Below, piece after piece: positions 18,608 to 28,169 of a stretch of DNA of 45,046 nucleotides. Numbering within the stretch: position 1 is the stretch's first letter; every line of letters begins with the position of its first letter. A model generated the notes under the pieces. That model was not told where the DNA came from, searched no databases, and saw only the letters and a program-made list of their open reading frames with translations. The position numbers and the translations under genes were made by a program. The DNA comes from a virus (taxonomy: Duplodnaviria; Caudoviricetes): the IMG/VR virus record IMGVR_UViG_3300032001_000013, positions 1 to 45,046 of that record. One strand, 5' to 3'.

Positions 18608-19132
18608 ATGACGATCGACCAGCAGATGATGTACGCCCAGCCGCTGACCACGGTCATCGTGCAGAACATGACCGCCTCGGTGCTGGTGATCGCCAGCGAC
18701 CCGCGGCGCACCCACGAGGTGACCTTCGAGGGCAAGGGGTCGCCCTCGGGCGGCGACTTCCAGCACATGCCGCCGGAGATCGTCCGCACCCCCGCCTTCG
18801 CCCGGCAGCTGTCCCTGGGCACGCTGAAGGTCGTCCAGGGAGAGGATGACCCGGCCGTCAAGGCGGCACTCCAGCATCAGTCCGACGCGTTCTGGAAGCG
18901 CGCCGAGGAGGACCGGGCCGCCGCGCTGTCCACCCTGGACGAGGTGGCCGACAACGATTACGTGGTGTTGCAATGCGTAGGACCGGGCACCAGGCCGGAT
19001 GCCCCGTGCGGGGAGAACATCCCGCGCAAGAACGCCGAGGCGATGGCGAGGCCGCCGCTGTGCGACCGGCATATAGGCCTCACCGACAAGTGCGTCCGCC
19101 GCGGCGACGGGCCCTGGGTCCTGGAGCAGTGA
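18608..19132 (+). CDS. Conserved phage protein with C-terminal Cys/His cluster
   Basis: RBS AGGAGG; C..PG....C....PPLC..H. Confidence 0.85.
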   Translation: MTIDQQMMYAQPLTTVIVQNMTASVLVIASDPRRTHEVTFEGKGSPSGGDFQHMPPEIVRTPAFARQLSLGTLKVVQGEDDPAVKAALQHQSDAFWKRAEEDRAAALSTLDEVADNDYVVLQCVGPGTRPDAPCGENIPRKNAEAMARPPLCDRHIGLTDKCVRRGDGPWVLEQ

Positions 19133-19147
19133 TTACTATGGTTCCTA

Positions 19148-19273
19148 GCCAAGGTGAGGCTAGGCATCGCGTGTCCTGGCACGGATGGGCATGGCGGGGC
19201 CCGGCAGGAGTGGCTCGGCTTGGGGTGGCTCGTCTAGGAGTTGCCCGGCGTGGCTGGGCAGGTACGGCAAGGA
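19148..19273 (+). repeat. GGY-NN pentamer array 2 (2 units)
   Basis: Strict 5-nt register with GGCAGG separators; units match the flanking genes when decoded. Confidence 0.9.
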
Positions 19274-19297
19274 AGTCACGCCAGAGCGGAGTCTGCC

Positions 19298-19720
19298 ATG
19301 CCCTTCAGGCCTGACCCGGCCGCGATGTCCGGCGTCTACGAGACCACCGAGACCTCGGGCCCGACCGCCAACTTCACCGACATCCGGCACACAGCGCCGA
19401 TCTTCGGCATCGCGGTCGCCACCGACCTGGCCTGGGCGCTGCGCGCGATGGACGCCAGCGACGAGGACGTGCCGCCCAACCTGGTGCAGACCAGCCCCGG
19501 CCTGACCGTCAACCGCGGCGACCCGGAAGACGACCGCCGCCGGATCATCGCCGCCGCCGAGCGCAACCGGCACCACCTGGACCGCCTGGGCTACACCTAC
19601 GACGAGCACGGCATCCCCGTCCCGCCCCCGGCCAACCCGGCGCAGTCCTGGATGCACCAGGCCTCCTCGCTCGGCCCCATGACGAACGTCCCGCACGAGC
19701 CCGCCGGCCCGGCCGGGTAG
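19298..19720 (+). CDS. Hypothetical phage protein
   Basis: ATG with GGAG RBS; GC3-biased codons. Confidence 0.8.
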   Translation: MPFRPDPAAMSGVYETTETSGPTANFTDIRHTAPIFGIAVATDLAWALRAMDASDEDVPPNLVQTSPGLTVNRGDPEDDRRRIIAAAERNRHHLDRLGYTYDEHGIPVPPPANPAQSWMHQASSLGPMTNVPHEPAGPAG

Positions 19721-19722
19721 CA

Positions 19723-20043
19723 GTGCCGAATGCCCACCCCGATGAGAGCCCGGTCACCTGGGGCCGGTGGAACGAGGCGCATCAGGGCGTGCTGCACCGC
19801 CTGGACGCCCTGGAGCATGACACCGCCGAGCAGTACCTGCGGATCGAGGCGAACGAGCGGCTGGTCGCCACGGCCGAGGAGAACCGCCGCACCCTGGCTA
19901 CCAGGGTCACCGAGATGGCCGCTCAGGTCGAGTCGCGGAGGAGCCACGTGTGGACCCTGGCCACGCTAGTCCTGACCAGCCTGGTACTCCCGATCCTGGT
20001 GGTGCTCCTGACAGTGTGGCTGCACCTGAACCGCGCGCACTAG
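19723..20043 (+). CDS. Coiled-coil protein with C-terminal TM helix
   Basis: Heptad-like region followed by hydrophobic helix. Confidence 0.75.
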   Translation: MPNAHPDESPVTWGRWNEAHQGVLHRLDALEHDTAEQYLRIEANERLVATAEENRRTLATRVTEMAAQVESRRSHVWTLATLVLTSLVLPILVVLLTVWLHLNRAH

Positions 20044-20297
20044 CCGGGACGCCGTGGTGGTTCACCGCCATCTCCGTCATCGCCGCGCTCGCCGTCGGCG
20101 TCACGCTGGCCGTCCAGCTGCTCTACATCAGCGACCTGAGGAATACGGTCGGCCACCTGGAGAACCAGGTCACCGACCTCCAGGCTGAGGTGTGCAGCTA
20201 CCAGCAGGTCGCGCAGACCATCAACCGGGCGCTCGCGGTAGCCGGCCGCCCGTCGATCAAGCTGCCGCCGCCGAGGCAGTGCCCGCCGCCGCCCTGA
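19950..20297 (+). CDS. Membrane protein with coiled coil (start uncertain, perhaps 20016)
   Basis: TM segment then coiled coil. Confidence 0.6.
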   Translation: MDPGHASPDQPGTPDPGGAPDSVAAPEPRALAGTPWWFTAISVIAALAVGVTLAVQLLYISDLRNTVGHLENQVTDLQAEVCSYQQVAQTINRALAVAGRPSIKLPPPRQCPPPP

Positions 20298-20339
20298 GGC
20301 AGCCCCCGGAAGGAGGGAGAGACAGCCCAGGGAGGCATC

Positions 20340-22889
20340 ATGCCCGATGCGCAGGCCGGCCCGGCCCCGGCAGCGGCCACCGTCGACACCGAAGGCATCA
20401 ATCCTCCGCTCGGCACGGCCCCCGGATCCCCCGGCACGATCATCCAGACCGGGCGGGCCAGCGTCCAGGACACCACCGGCACCGCGGTGGCGGGCATCGG
20501 CGCGGCCATGCCCGGCGGCTCCGTCCTGGACGTCATCCCCTGGGCCGGAGCGGGCCAGGCGGGCAGCGGGACCGGGCAGCCGCCGCAGTCCGATTACGCG
20601 GTCAGGCCGGTCACCGAGGGCCAGTACGGCTTCCCCCAGGGCGCACCGGACACCGCCGAGGTCCTCGGCGGCCCGAGGGGGACCGCCGTGGTCACCCCGG
20701 CCAGCCCGTACCCCTGGCTGCCGAGCAGCACCGCGTTCACCGGAGTGCTGGACACCCAGGTCGGCGGCGGCTCGGCGCTGATCTCCGGGCTCGGCACCCC
20801 GCCCGCCTACCGGGCCCCGTCCGCGGGCGTGGCCGCCTCGGTCAAGGACACCTCGCTGACCGACATCATGGGCAACCAGGTCACCGCCATGCCGCTGACG
20901 TCGAGCGCCTACTCCGCGTTCAACGTGGACACCTCCTACGTCGGGGCGCCCTCGGCGCCGGTCTCGCTGAGCACCCAGGTCGACACGTTCACCGGCACGG
21001 CAGCCAGCCCGACCCGGTACTACGCCAGCCAGCAGGGCGCGGTGCCCTCCTCGCTGGTGGTCCGCGACACCACCAGCAGCCAGACGCTGGTCTCGGGCAC
21101 TGACTACACCGTGACCTCGGCCGGCAACGGGCCGAAGACCAGCCTGTACATCACGTTCACGCACGTGGTCAACTGGACCGCCGGCGATGCGGTGACGCTG
21201 ACCTACTCCTACGGCACGCCCGCGTACTTCGACTCGAACCTGCCCGCGCCGGCGTCGCAGTCCAACGTCGACACCTTCGCCCTGTCCGAGCTGCCGGTGC
21301 AGCTGTCGTCCTGGTCCATCACCACCGCGGCGAACGCCCTGACCGTCTTCGACGTCACCCAGAACGCGGCCCTGGTCTACAACACCGACTACACGGTCAG
21401 CACGGTGCAGGGCCCGTACACCCCGGGCGGCACGTACAACGAGCCGGTGCCCGCCACGTTCGCGGTCACCTGGAAGCCGACCTCGGCGACGGCGAAGCTC
21501 GGCGACACGGTGACGGTCACTTACAACTTCACCACCTCGGTCCCGGCCGCGCCCGGCATCGGCGCCACCACGGTCTACACCGACAACATCGCCACGATCA
21601 CCGCGACGCCGCAGGCGCTGGCCCACGCGGGCGTGGTCACGCCGCCGGGCTCCGTCCGGGTGGTTGACAACCAGGCCGGGGCCAACTTCGGCAAGGTCCT
21701 GGTGCTCAACGTCGACTACGCGCTGACCGTCACCGGCACCGGGGCGACGTTCAACTACTCGATCGCCCGCCTGGCGGGCAGCACGAACAGCGCGCTGAAC
21801 GACAACGTGCGGGTGACCTACGCGGCGGGCAGCTCGGCGTTCTTCGCCACCGGGCCCGTCTACTCCGTCGACAAGGGCGTGTTCGTGCCCTGGGCGCCGC
21901 CCTCGGGCTCGGTCCAGGTGGACTACTACCTGATCCAGTCCAGCGACCTGGGCACCATGTACGTGCCGGTGTCCGGCCAGCCGGAGTTCTACGGCCAGAT
22001 GTCCCCCTCGGGCGGCCCCAGCTCGGGCCAGCCGGTCTACCAGACCGACACCGGGACCATCTCCACCGGCACCCCGTTCAACCTGGCCAGGACCGGCGTG
22101 ATCACGCCGCCGGAGCAGCTGATCGTGCGGGACACCACCCGGGTCGGGCAGGACCCGATGCAGCCGACCGGCACCGTGCTGGAGCTGAACTACGACTACA
22201 CGGTGACCACTACCGGGCAGGGGCCCTGGAAGACCTACTCGATCACCCGGCTGGCCTCCTCGGTCAACAGCGTCAACGGCGATGCCATCACGGTCTCGTA
22301 CTGGTATGACCAGATGGGCGCCTTCCCGCTGACCCAGGTCGCCGACGCGATCACCCTCGTGGCGGGCGCGGCGCAGCTGCACAACCAGGACATCGCCACC
22401 CCGGCGTCCGGGCTGATCGTCTACGACACCACGGTCTCCAAGGCGCTGGCCTACGGCCTGGACTACACCGTCAGCCAGGTGGGCACCGGCCCGGCCCAGG
22501 CGATGACGATCACCCGCGTGGCGGGCGGCCCGGCCAACGTCGGCGCCACCGACGCGCTGACCGTCTACTACGGCTACGGCGTCGTGCTGTCCGCGGTGTT
22601 CCGGCAGGGCCTGGTGCCCAACCAGGTGCCGATCTACACCCCCTCGGGCAGCCAGCGGGCCACCCCGACCGGCGGCTACCAGATCTCGATCGCCGCGGGC
22701 AACCGGGCGGGCCTGGGCCCGTTCTCGGCCTGGTCCGATTACGTGGTGCCGCTGAACTACTCTGCGCCGCAGCCCGGGGCCCAGGGCACTACCACGGCCG
22801 GGACAGGAACTTTGGATGCGCGAAATTCAATTAATCCTATTTACCGGCCGGATGGGTCGGTAAAGGCCGGCACCGGCCAGGGCATGTAA
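20340..22889 (+). CDS. Large virion structural protein with repeated beta-rich domains
   Basis: Five L...DY(T/A)(V/L) repeats; FN3-like elements (W..P, AGN..G.GPFSAWS); T/S/G-rich. Confidence 0.8.
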   Translation: MPDAQAGPAPAAATVDTEGINPPLGTAPGSPGTIIQTGRASVQDTTGTAVAGIGAAMPGGSVLDVIPWAGAGQAGSGTGQPPQSDYAVRPVTEGQYGFPQGAPDTAEVLGGPRGTAVVTPASPYPWLPSSTAFTGVLDTQVGGGSALISGLGTPPAYRAPSAGVAASVKDTSLTDIMGNQVTAMPLTSSAYSAFNVDTSYVGAPSAPVSLSTQVDTFTGTAASPTRYYASQQGAVPSSLVVRDTTSSQTLVSGTDYTVTSAGNGPKTSLYITFTHVVNWTAGDAVTLTYSYGTPAYFDSNLPAPASQSNVDTFALSELPVQLSSWSITTAANALTVFDVTQNAALVYNTDYTVSTVQGPYTPGGTYNEPVPATFAVTWKPTSATAKLGDTVTVTYNFTTSVPAAPGIGATTVYTDNIATITATPQALAHAGVVTPPGSVRVVDNQAGANFGKVLVLNVDYALTVTGTGATFNYSIARLAGSTNSALNDNVRVTYAAGSSAFFATGPVYSVDKGVFVPWAPPSGSVQVDYYLIQSSDLGTMYVPVSGQPEFYGQMSPSGGPSSGQPVYQTDTGTISTGTPFNLARTGVITPPEQLIVRDTTRVGQDPMQPTGTVLELNYDYTVTTTGQGPWKTYSITRLASSVNSVNGDAITVSYWYDQMGAFPLTQVADAITLVAGAAQLHNQDIATPASGLIVYDTTVSKALAYGLDYTVSQVGTGPAQAMTITRVAGGPANVGATDALTVYYGYGVVLSAVFRQGLVPNQVPIYTPSGSQRATPTGGYQISIAAGNRAGLGPFSAWSDYVVPLNYSAPQPGAQGTTTAGTGTLDARNSINPIYRPDGSVKAGTGQGM

Positions 22890-22918
22890 CCGGAGCCCGG
22901 ATAGGAGAGGCGGGCTGA

Positions 22919-23581
22919 GTGGCAACTTACAGCACCTATTTGGGTCTGAAGCTCAACAGCGCCACCGATCCGTTCTTGCTTTCGGATTTCATCGGCAACT
23001 GGACCATCCTGGACGGCTCGCCCGGCGTGTTCGTCTGCACGTCCTCCTCGCGCCCCAGCTGGACCGCCGCCCAGGCGGGCCGGCTGATCTTCATGACCGA
23101 CTGGAAGGCCCTGAGCTACTGGACCGGCACCGCCTGGCTGGACTGCCGGGACGCCGCCCCGGTGTTCGCCGGGGGCGTCTACCTGAACACCGCGATCGCC
23201 CGGGGCACCACCGGCACGTTCACCGTCATCAACCTGACCTGCCCGCGGACCTGCTCGCTGGCGATCGCGCTGACCGGGACCTACCTGGTGGCGGCCAGCC
23301 AGAACCAGGACGTCTGGCAGCGGGTCCTGGTCGACGGGGTGGGCAGCACCGCCAACCAGCTCGGCGGCTACCGCGAGCAGCTGCGGTTCATCGCCAGCCC
23401 CGGCGTGTCCGACAACGCGGGCATGACCGCGACCAGCCTCCAGGTGGTCTCCGGCATCACCGCCGGGGCGCATACCGTCGGCGTGGCCGCTGACATCGGG
23501 ACCTACAGCGCGCCCGCCACGATCATCGGGGTCAAGGCGCTGGCCTGGATCGCGGCCACGGCCGTGGGGAACTCGCTGTGA
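22919..23581 (+). CDS. Virion structural protein
   Basis: T.LGL......D N-terminus and GR.I..TD....YW.G..W motif typical of phage tail proteins. Confidence 0.75.
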   Translation: MATYSTYLGLKLNSATDPFLLSDFIGNWTILDGSPGVFVCTSSSRPSWTAAQAGRLIFMTDWKALSYWTGTAWLDCRDAAPVFAGGVYLNTAIARGTTGTFTVINLTCPRTCSLAIALTGTYLVAASQNQDVWQRVLVDGVGSTANQLGGYREQLRFIASPGVSDNAGMTATSLQVVSGITAGAHTVGVAADIGTYSAPATIIGVKALAWIAATAVGNSL

Positions 23582-24483
23582 CCGTCATCAGCCCCGACCT
23601 GATCGACTGGCGCGAGCGGCAGTACGTCAGCCAGTACAGCATGCCGGACCTGAACCTCCAGGTCTACGTGGCCGGCCAGCCCGCCGACCCGGACAGCAGC
23701 TCGGTGACCGCCCAGCTGGCGCTCCAGAACCCGGACGGCACCGTGGTCCCGGGGTCCAGCTTCACTGCGGCCCGGCAGGGCCCCGGGGCCTACCAGGTGG
23801 TGCTCAGCTCCAACGACACCGCGAGCCCGTCCAACGCCGAGCTGGTCTGGCGGTACCTGATCGGCGGCGCCGCCCAGCAGTACGCCTCGCTGATCGTCAT
23901 CGGGCCCGCCAATCAGTGGTACGACAACCTGGGCGACCCGATGAAGGAGCTGGTCGAGTTCTGCTGGATCCGGTTCGCCGACCTGTGCGACTCCCCCGCC
24001 GGCGGGCCGAACATCATCGCCACGCCGTACTTCCAGGCGCACTGGTCCCGCGGCCGGGCCGCGCAGCTGATGATGATCGCGCTCCAGAAGCTGAACGGCA
24101 TCAGCCAGCCCTGGTCCAACTACACGGCCGACGGCCAGGGCGGCCCGCTGTTCCCGGTGCAGCTGTGGGGCGGCCTGCTCGGCCAGTACACCTACGTCGA
24201 GATGGTCAAGCACCTGATCCGGTCCTACACCGAGCAGCCCGCGATCATGGGCTCGGGCTCGATCACCCGGCTGGAGCGCCGGGACTACGCCGACCGCTGG
24301 CGCCTGGTGCTGCGCGATGAGGAAGCCGAGCTGAAATCGCTGCTGGACATGTTCAAGATCCGGCACATGATGCTGGGCAACCCGCGGGTGCTGGTCTCCG
24401 GCGGGACCTACGGCCGCTACGCCCCCACCAGGATCGCGGGCTCGGTCGCCGCCCGGCCGCGGATGTGGGCAAGATGGTACTAG
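23578..24483 (+). CDS. Putative head-tail connector/neck protein
   Basis: Position in virion module; conserved-looking RRDY.DRW, LVSGG.YG. Confidence 0.65.
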   Translation: MTVISPDLIDWRERQYVSQYSMPDLNLQVYVAGQPADPDSSSVTAQLALQNPDGTVVPGSSFTAARQGPGAYQVVLSSNDTASPSNAELVWRYLIGGAAQQYASLIVIGPANQWYDNLGDPMKELVEFCWIRFADLCDSPAGGPNIIATPYFQAHWSRGRAAQLMMIALQKLNGISQPWSNYTADGQGGPLFPVQLWGGLLGQYTYVEMVKHLIRSYTEQPAIMGSGSITRLERRDYADRWRLVLRDEEAELKSLLDMFKIRHMMLGNPRVLVSGGTYGRYAPTRIAGSVAARPRMWARWY

Positions 24484-24517
24484 GTTTATTGATATTTACC
24501 CGGTCCCCGGAAGGTAT

Positions 24518-24886
24518 GTGATCCTGGCAAGCGGCCCCGGACTGGCGGGCTTCCTGTTTGACTGGCCGACCGGGCAGTTCTGGTCGGGCGGGTTCAGCAC
24601 GGTCGAGTTCGTGGTACTCGTCTCCACCCTGTCCCTGCTCTTCCGCGCGCCGCTGCGCAGGTGGCTGCGCGATCACCGGCTGGCCACCCAGTCGCACCTG
24701 AGCAGGGAGCTGAACGCGCTGGAGGAGTTCGTGGAGAACCTGCTGAACGGCAGCGGCGTGCTGGAGCGCCACCACGACCGGCTCAGGGAGCACGTGAGCG
24801 CCGAGATCGCCCGGCTGGAGCTTCTCATCAACCAGGCCGTCCCGGCCCTCCAGGAGGCTCCAGGGCCCCCGGAGGAGCCTGATTGA
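24518..24886 (+). CDS. Membrane protein
   Basis: TM plus coiled coil. Confidence 0.7.
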   Translation: MILASGPGLAGFLFDWPTGQFWSGGFSTVEFVVLVSTLSLLFRAPLRRWLRDHRLATQSHLSRELNALEEFVENLLNGSGVLERHHDRLREHVSAEIARLELLINQAVPALQEAPGPPEEPD

Positions 24887-25065
24887 TGGATGCCCGGGAG
24901 CGGCTGTCCCGGGTCAGCGAGAAGGTCATCGCGCTGAGCCTGAAGATCGCCGATCATCCCGAGATGCTGGAACCGCCGCTGGCCCTGGGCACCCTGGTCC
25001 AGCTGGAGTGCGTGCGGGCCGAGCTGGCCCAGGTCAGGGACATGCTGCAAGAACCTGATAACTAA
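24886..25065 (+). CDS. Small hypothetical protein
   Basis: Overlaps upstream stop; RBS GGAGGAG. Confidence 0.65.
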   Translation: MDARERLSRVSEKVIALSLKIADHPEMLEPPLALGTLVQLECVRAELAQVRDMLQEPDN

Positions 25066-25214
25066 GTTTATAGAAAACTCTGGATCTGCTGAGAATCCCT
25101 GGTCTACGCTGTTCGGTCATGGGCGGAACCGGTGGGGTTCAAGTCGCCGGCTCCGCCAGGCCGAACAGCGGGGGGCGCTGAAGCCTCCCCGGACCCGGAA
25201 GGCGGGATCCATCA

Positions 25215-25769
25215 ATGAGACGCATCACGGCAGGCCGGCGGTTCCTGGCAATCCTGGCAGGTATCGCAGGCATCGGCACGGCACTGGCGCTGGCCGCCCC
25301 GACGGCAGGCGCGAGCACCAGGGATGATCACGGGTTGCGGCCCGAGGCGTTCAACATCACGATCTCAAGCCAGTTCCCTCAGGGGCTCGCGGATGCCTTC
25401 GGGCCCATCCACTTCCAGAACTGGACTGACCCGCAGCCGCCGCCGAGCGGCACCCTGGACAGGCTCGTCTCCCCCGGCGGGTTCAACTCGATCAGGGTGT
25501 TCCACACCAACGTCGACAACGTGGTCCCGGTGATCAACGACGAGTTCTGCACCGCCACGGCGGACGGCACCGGGAACTGGAGGATCCGCGGCGGCACCGG
25601 CCGGTTCCGCGAGGCCTTCGGCTTCGGCCAGTTCAACTTCAGCATCGTTCTCGTCCTGGCGCGCAGCGTGGACGGGGCCTGCGATACCAACATGAACGAC
25701 CAGCCGCTCTTCTTCCGCATCTTCGTCCATGCCTGGGGGCAGGCGACCCAGGGCTTCGAGCGGCGCTGA
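25215..25769 (+). CDS. Secreted protein (possible Tat signal)
   Basis: RRFL plus hydrophobic signal; GGTGRF..A.G.G beta-barrel-like motif. Confidence 0.8.
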   Translation: MRRITAGRRFLAILAGIAGIGTALALAAPTAGASTRDDHGLRPEAFNITISSQFPQGLADAFGPIHFQNWTDPQPPPSGTLDRLVSPGGFNSIRVFHTNVDNVVPVINDEFCTATADGTGNWRIRGGTGRFREAFGFGQFNFSIVLVLARSVDGACDTNMNDQPLFFRIFVHAWGQATQGFERR

Positions 25770-26065
25770 CCTGCTGATCCGCGAGACGGCGGCCGGGCTC
25801 CCCGGCCGCCGTTCCCGTGCCCCCGGAAGTGGTAGACGAGAGAGCTATCCCCGGGGAGGACGACGTGTCAGCGCGGGTCGACCAGGCGATGAAGCACCCG
25901 AAGACGCTGTGGGCCCTGATCCTGGAAGATGAGCAGGAGCACAACGCCGACGAGCTAGGCGAGATCGCCGAGCGGCTGTACGTGCACGACCAGGAGGAGC
26001 ACCACCGGGTCGTCCGGCTGGAGGCCCAGGTGCACTCGCTGGCCCACCAGTCGCACCGGCAGCCG

Positions 26066-26476
26066 TTAGGTCGTCGGGAACCAGTCCGGCAGCTCCCTGA
26101 CCCGGCCGCCGCGGCCGTAGTCCTCTTTCCAGCCCAGCTGCGGGCCCATGTGCGGGCTGACCCAGGCCGGGAGCATCCAGAACGGCCCGCCGGTCCACCA
26201 GCCGGAGTCGCCCTCGGGCCCCCACGGCACCCAGTCTTTCGCCGTCCCAGGCACGGCGAAGCGCCAGAACGCCCGCCAGCCGAACCCGGCCAGGATCAGC
26301 CCCAGCGCCAGGTGCGAGGTGGAGTGATGGCTCTTCATGCCCCACAGCCGCCTCAGCCGGGGCGGCAGCAGCGTGCGGTACAGCCAGGTGATCAGCGCGG
26401 GCGGCCCGACCCACCACAGCCAGCGCAGGCTGAGCGGCGCCCTGGGCCCGTCAGGGACGGGCAGGTTCCGGGTCAT
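26066..26476 (-). CDS. Trp-rich membrane protein
   Basis: ATGA coupling with upstream - gene. Confidence 0.6.
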   Translation of the reverse strand: MTRNLPVPDGPRAPLSLRWLWWVGPPALITWLYRTLLPPRLRRLWGMKSHHSTSHLALGLILAGFGWRAFWRFAVPGTAKDWVPWGPEGDSGWWTGGPFWMLPAWVSPHMGPQLGWKEDYGRGGRVRELPDWFPTT

Positions 26477-26883
26477 GATTCCAGGACCAGCTCGGTCCTG
26501 CCCCGGGTGGCCCGGTAGGACTCATTGCCCGGGTAGATCCCGGCCCAGTTGCCCTGGCCGAAGATGGCGGTCATCTCCCGGCGGGCATCCTCCTCGGCGC
26601 CGCGGATGACGACATACCGGCCGTGCAGCGGGTGGTCCAGGCCGAAGGTGAACAGCCAGGTGCCGCCGGGATAGGTGATCAGCGGGTTCGGCGAGCCGGC
26701 GAAGCCCAGGTCCCCGGCCGCCCTGAGCCTGCCCGGCGGGAGGACGAGGGGCGGGGCGAGCGTGGTCCTCCTGACCCCGCACTCGGAGCAGTTGACGGCG
26801 CCGTCGCCGTACAGGCGGAAGGTGGTGGCACCGCACCTGTGGCAGGGCAGTGCCTCGTCTGGATGCTGCTGCGGATCGCTCAT
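26473..26883 (-). CDS. Zn-ribbon hypothetical protein
   Basis: CHRCG...CSECG; promoter motif at 26910-26895 on -. Confidence 0.7.
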   Translation of the reverse strand: MSDPQQHPDEALPCHRCGATTFRLYGDGAVNCSECGVRRTTLAPPLVLPPGRLRAAGDLGFAGSPNPLITYPGGTWLFTFGLDHPLHGRYVVIRGAEEDARREMTAIFGQGNWAGIYPGNESYRATRGRTELVLES

Positions 26884-26935
26884 GAGGACAGAACCTATCA
26901 ATAAACCCTAGATCCTGGTAGGGTCTGGGCACCGG

Positions 26936-26982
26936 CAGGGGCCCCGGGAAGGATCTTTCGCTCTCCTCACCCGGGGCCCCTG
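26936..26982. terminator. Inverted repeat/terminator
   Basis: CAGGGGCCCCGGG / CCCGGGGCCCCTG. Confidence 0.55.
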
Positions 26983-26987
26983 ACCGG

Positions 26988-27938
26988 TCACTTGGACAGC
27001 TGGAGCCCGCTGGCCTGGCCGGGGAAGCATCCCATCGGCGAGGTCTTGTTCTCCCGCGAGTCCTGGAGGCACTGGGCCACCAGCTGGTTGAGGTTCGGCG
27101 TGCCCAGCTGGGCGAAGGCCAGCGCGTTCTGGTGGTTGACCTTCACGTTCTCGCTCGCGATCGCGTAGTTGGCGTACGCCTGCTGGATCTGCTGGAGCTT
27201 GCCCTCGACCTGCGCGCTGTAGCCCATGTAGGGGAACAGCACGCTCTTGACGATGATCTGGTTGCCGATGTCGGCCTGCATCGTCTTGAGGATCTCCGGG
27301 CCGAACGCGGTGAACTGGCTGTTCTGGCTGCTGGTGCCCACCACGCTCTGGTAGTCGGTGATCGGGTCGTAGTCCCCGACCTGCTGGTTGACTACCAGCT
27401 CCAGTTCCCTGATGACCAGGGCGTTCTCGATGGTGGTCATGAGGTCGCCCTGGTTGGCGTAGTCGCTGAACAGCGTGGCCGCCGCGTCAGGGCGCACCTG
27501 CCACTGGATGGTGATCTTGGCGCAGGCCTGCTGCTGGCCGCCGATCCGCACCGGCAGCGCGCCGCTGCACTGGCCCGTCCCGGGCAGCTGGCCCTGGGCC
27601 GGGGTGCCGCCCACCTGGAACGTGGTGGTCTGGATGGTCTCGTTGATGATGGCCAGGTGCAGGAACGGGTTCCAGGTCTCGTGCGCCCCGGAGGTGTAGT
27701 ACCCGGTGCCTACGTGCCCCAGGCTGACCGGGACCCCGATGGACTTGGGCGGCACCGACTTGACCCCGCTCCAGGCGAACGCCCCGAACCCGAGCAGGCC
27801 GCACAGGACGGCGACGCCGGCCCATCCGGCCGGGCCCAGGCCCGTGCTCCGGTCCCGGCCCCGTTCGCCCCGGGCGGCCAGCGTCGCGACGATCGCGACG
27901 AGCATGACCACCCACAAGATGATCGCTACGAAGAACAT
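26988..27938 (-). CDS. SPFH/Band 7 domain membrane protein
   Basis: Two N-terminal TMs, then V....GV....G SPFH start and C-terminal coiled coil. Confidence 0.75.
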   Translation of the reverse strand: MFFVAIILWVVMLVAIVATLAARGERGRDRSTGLGPAGWAGVAVLCGLLGFGAFAWSGVKSVPPKSIGVPVSLGHVGTGYYTSGAHETWNPFLHLAIINETIQTTTFQVGGTPAQGQLPGTGQCSGALPVRIGGQQQACAKITIQWQVRPDAAATLFSDYANQGDLMTTIENALVIRELELVVNQQVGDYDPITDYQSVVGTSSQNSQFTAFGPEILKTMQADIGNQIIVKSVLFPYMGYSAQVEGKLQQIQQAYANYAIASENVKVNHQNALAFAQLGTPNLNQLVAQCLQDSRENKTSPMGCFPGQASGLQLSK

Positions 27939-28162
27939 CAGTCGTCTTCCTTCTTCTCGTCCAGGCGATTCAGGTCGTCATCCGACGTCGCCTGGTCGAC
28001 CCGGCGGATGAAGTCTTCGAGGTCCTCGGGGCTGCGCAGCTCGTGCCGCTCGCGCTCGGCCAGCCGGCGGGCCTGGGCCCGCGGCAGGATCGTGCTGGCG
28101 ACGGCGATGACCAGGGCAGCCCCGAGGAGGGCGAGCAGGATGCTGACCGCCAGGTACGTCAC
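27938..28162 (-). CDS. Small membrane protein
   Basis: N-terminal TM; operon coupling. Confidence 0.7.
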   Translation of the reverse strand: MTYLAVSILLALLGAALVIAVASTILPRAQARRLAERERHELRSPEDLEDFIRRVDQATSDDDLNRLDEKKEDD

Positions 28163-28169
28163 GGCCTGC

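Noticed and set aside
20040-22382. Long antisense ORFs (also 2322-3944, 17396-19072, 34994-36535, 42448-44910)
   Set aside because: Shadows of GC3-rich genes on the opposite strand
25122-25157. Hairpin with GGTTCAAGTC T-loop-like sequence
   Set aside because: No D-arm or acceptor stem; likely a leader hairpin
25817-26518. 233-aa + strand ORF
   Set aside because: Only 25865-26066 looks coding; the rest overlaps a - strand gene, so the boundary cannot be resolved
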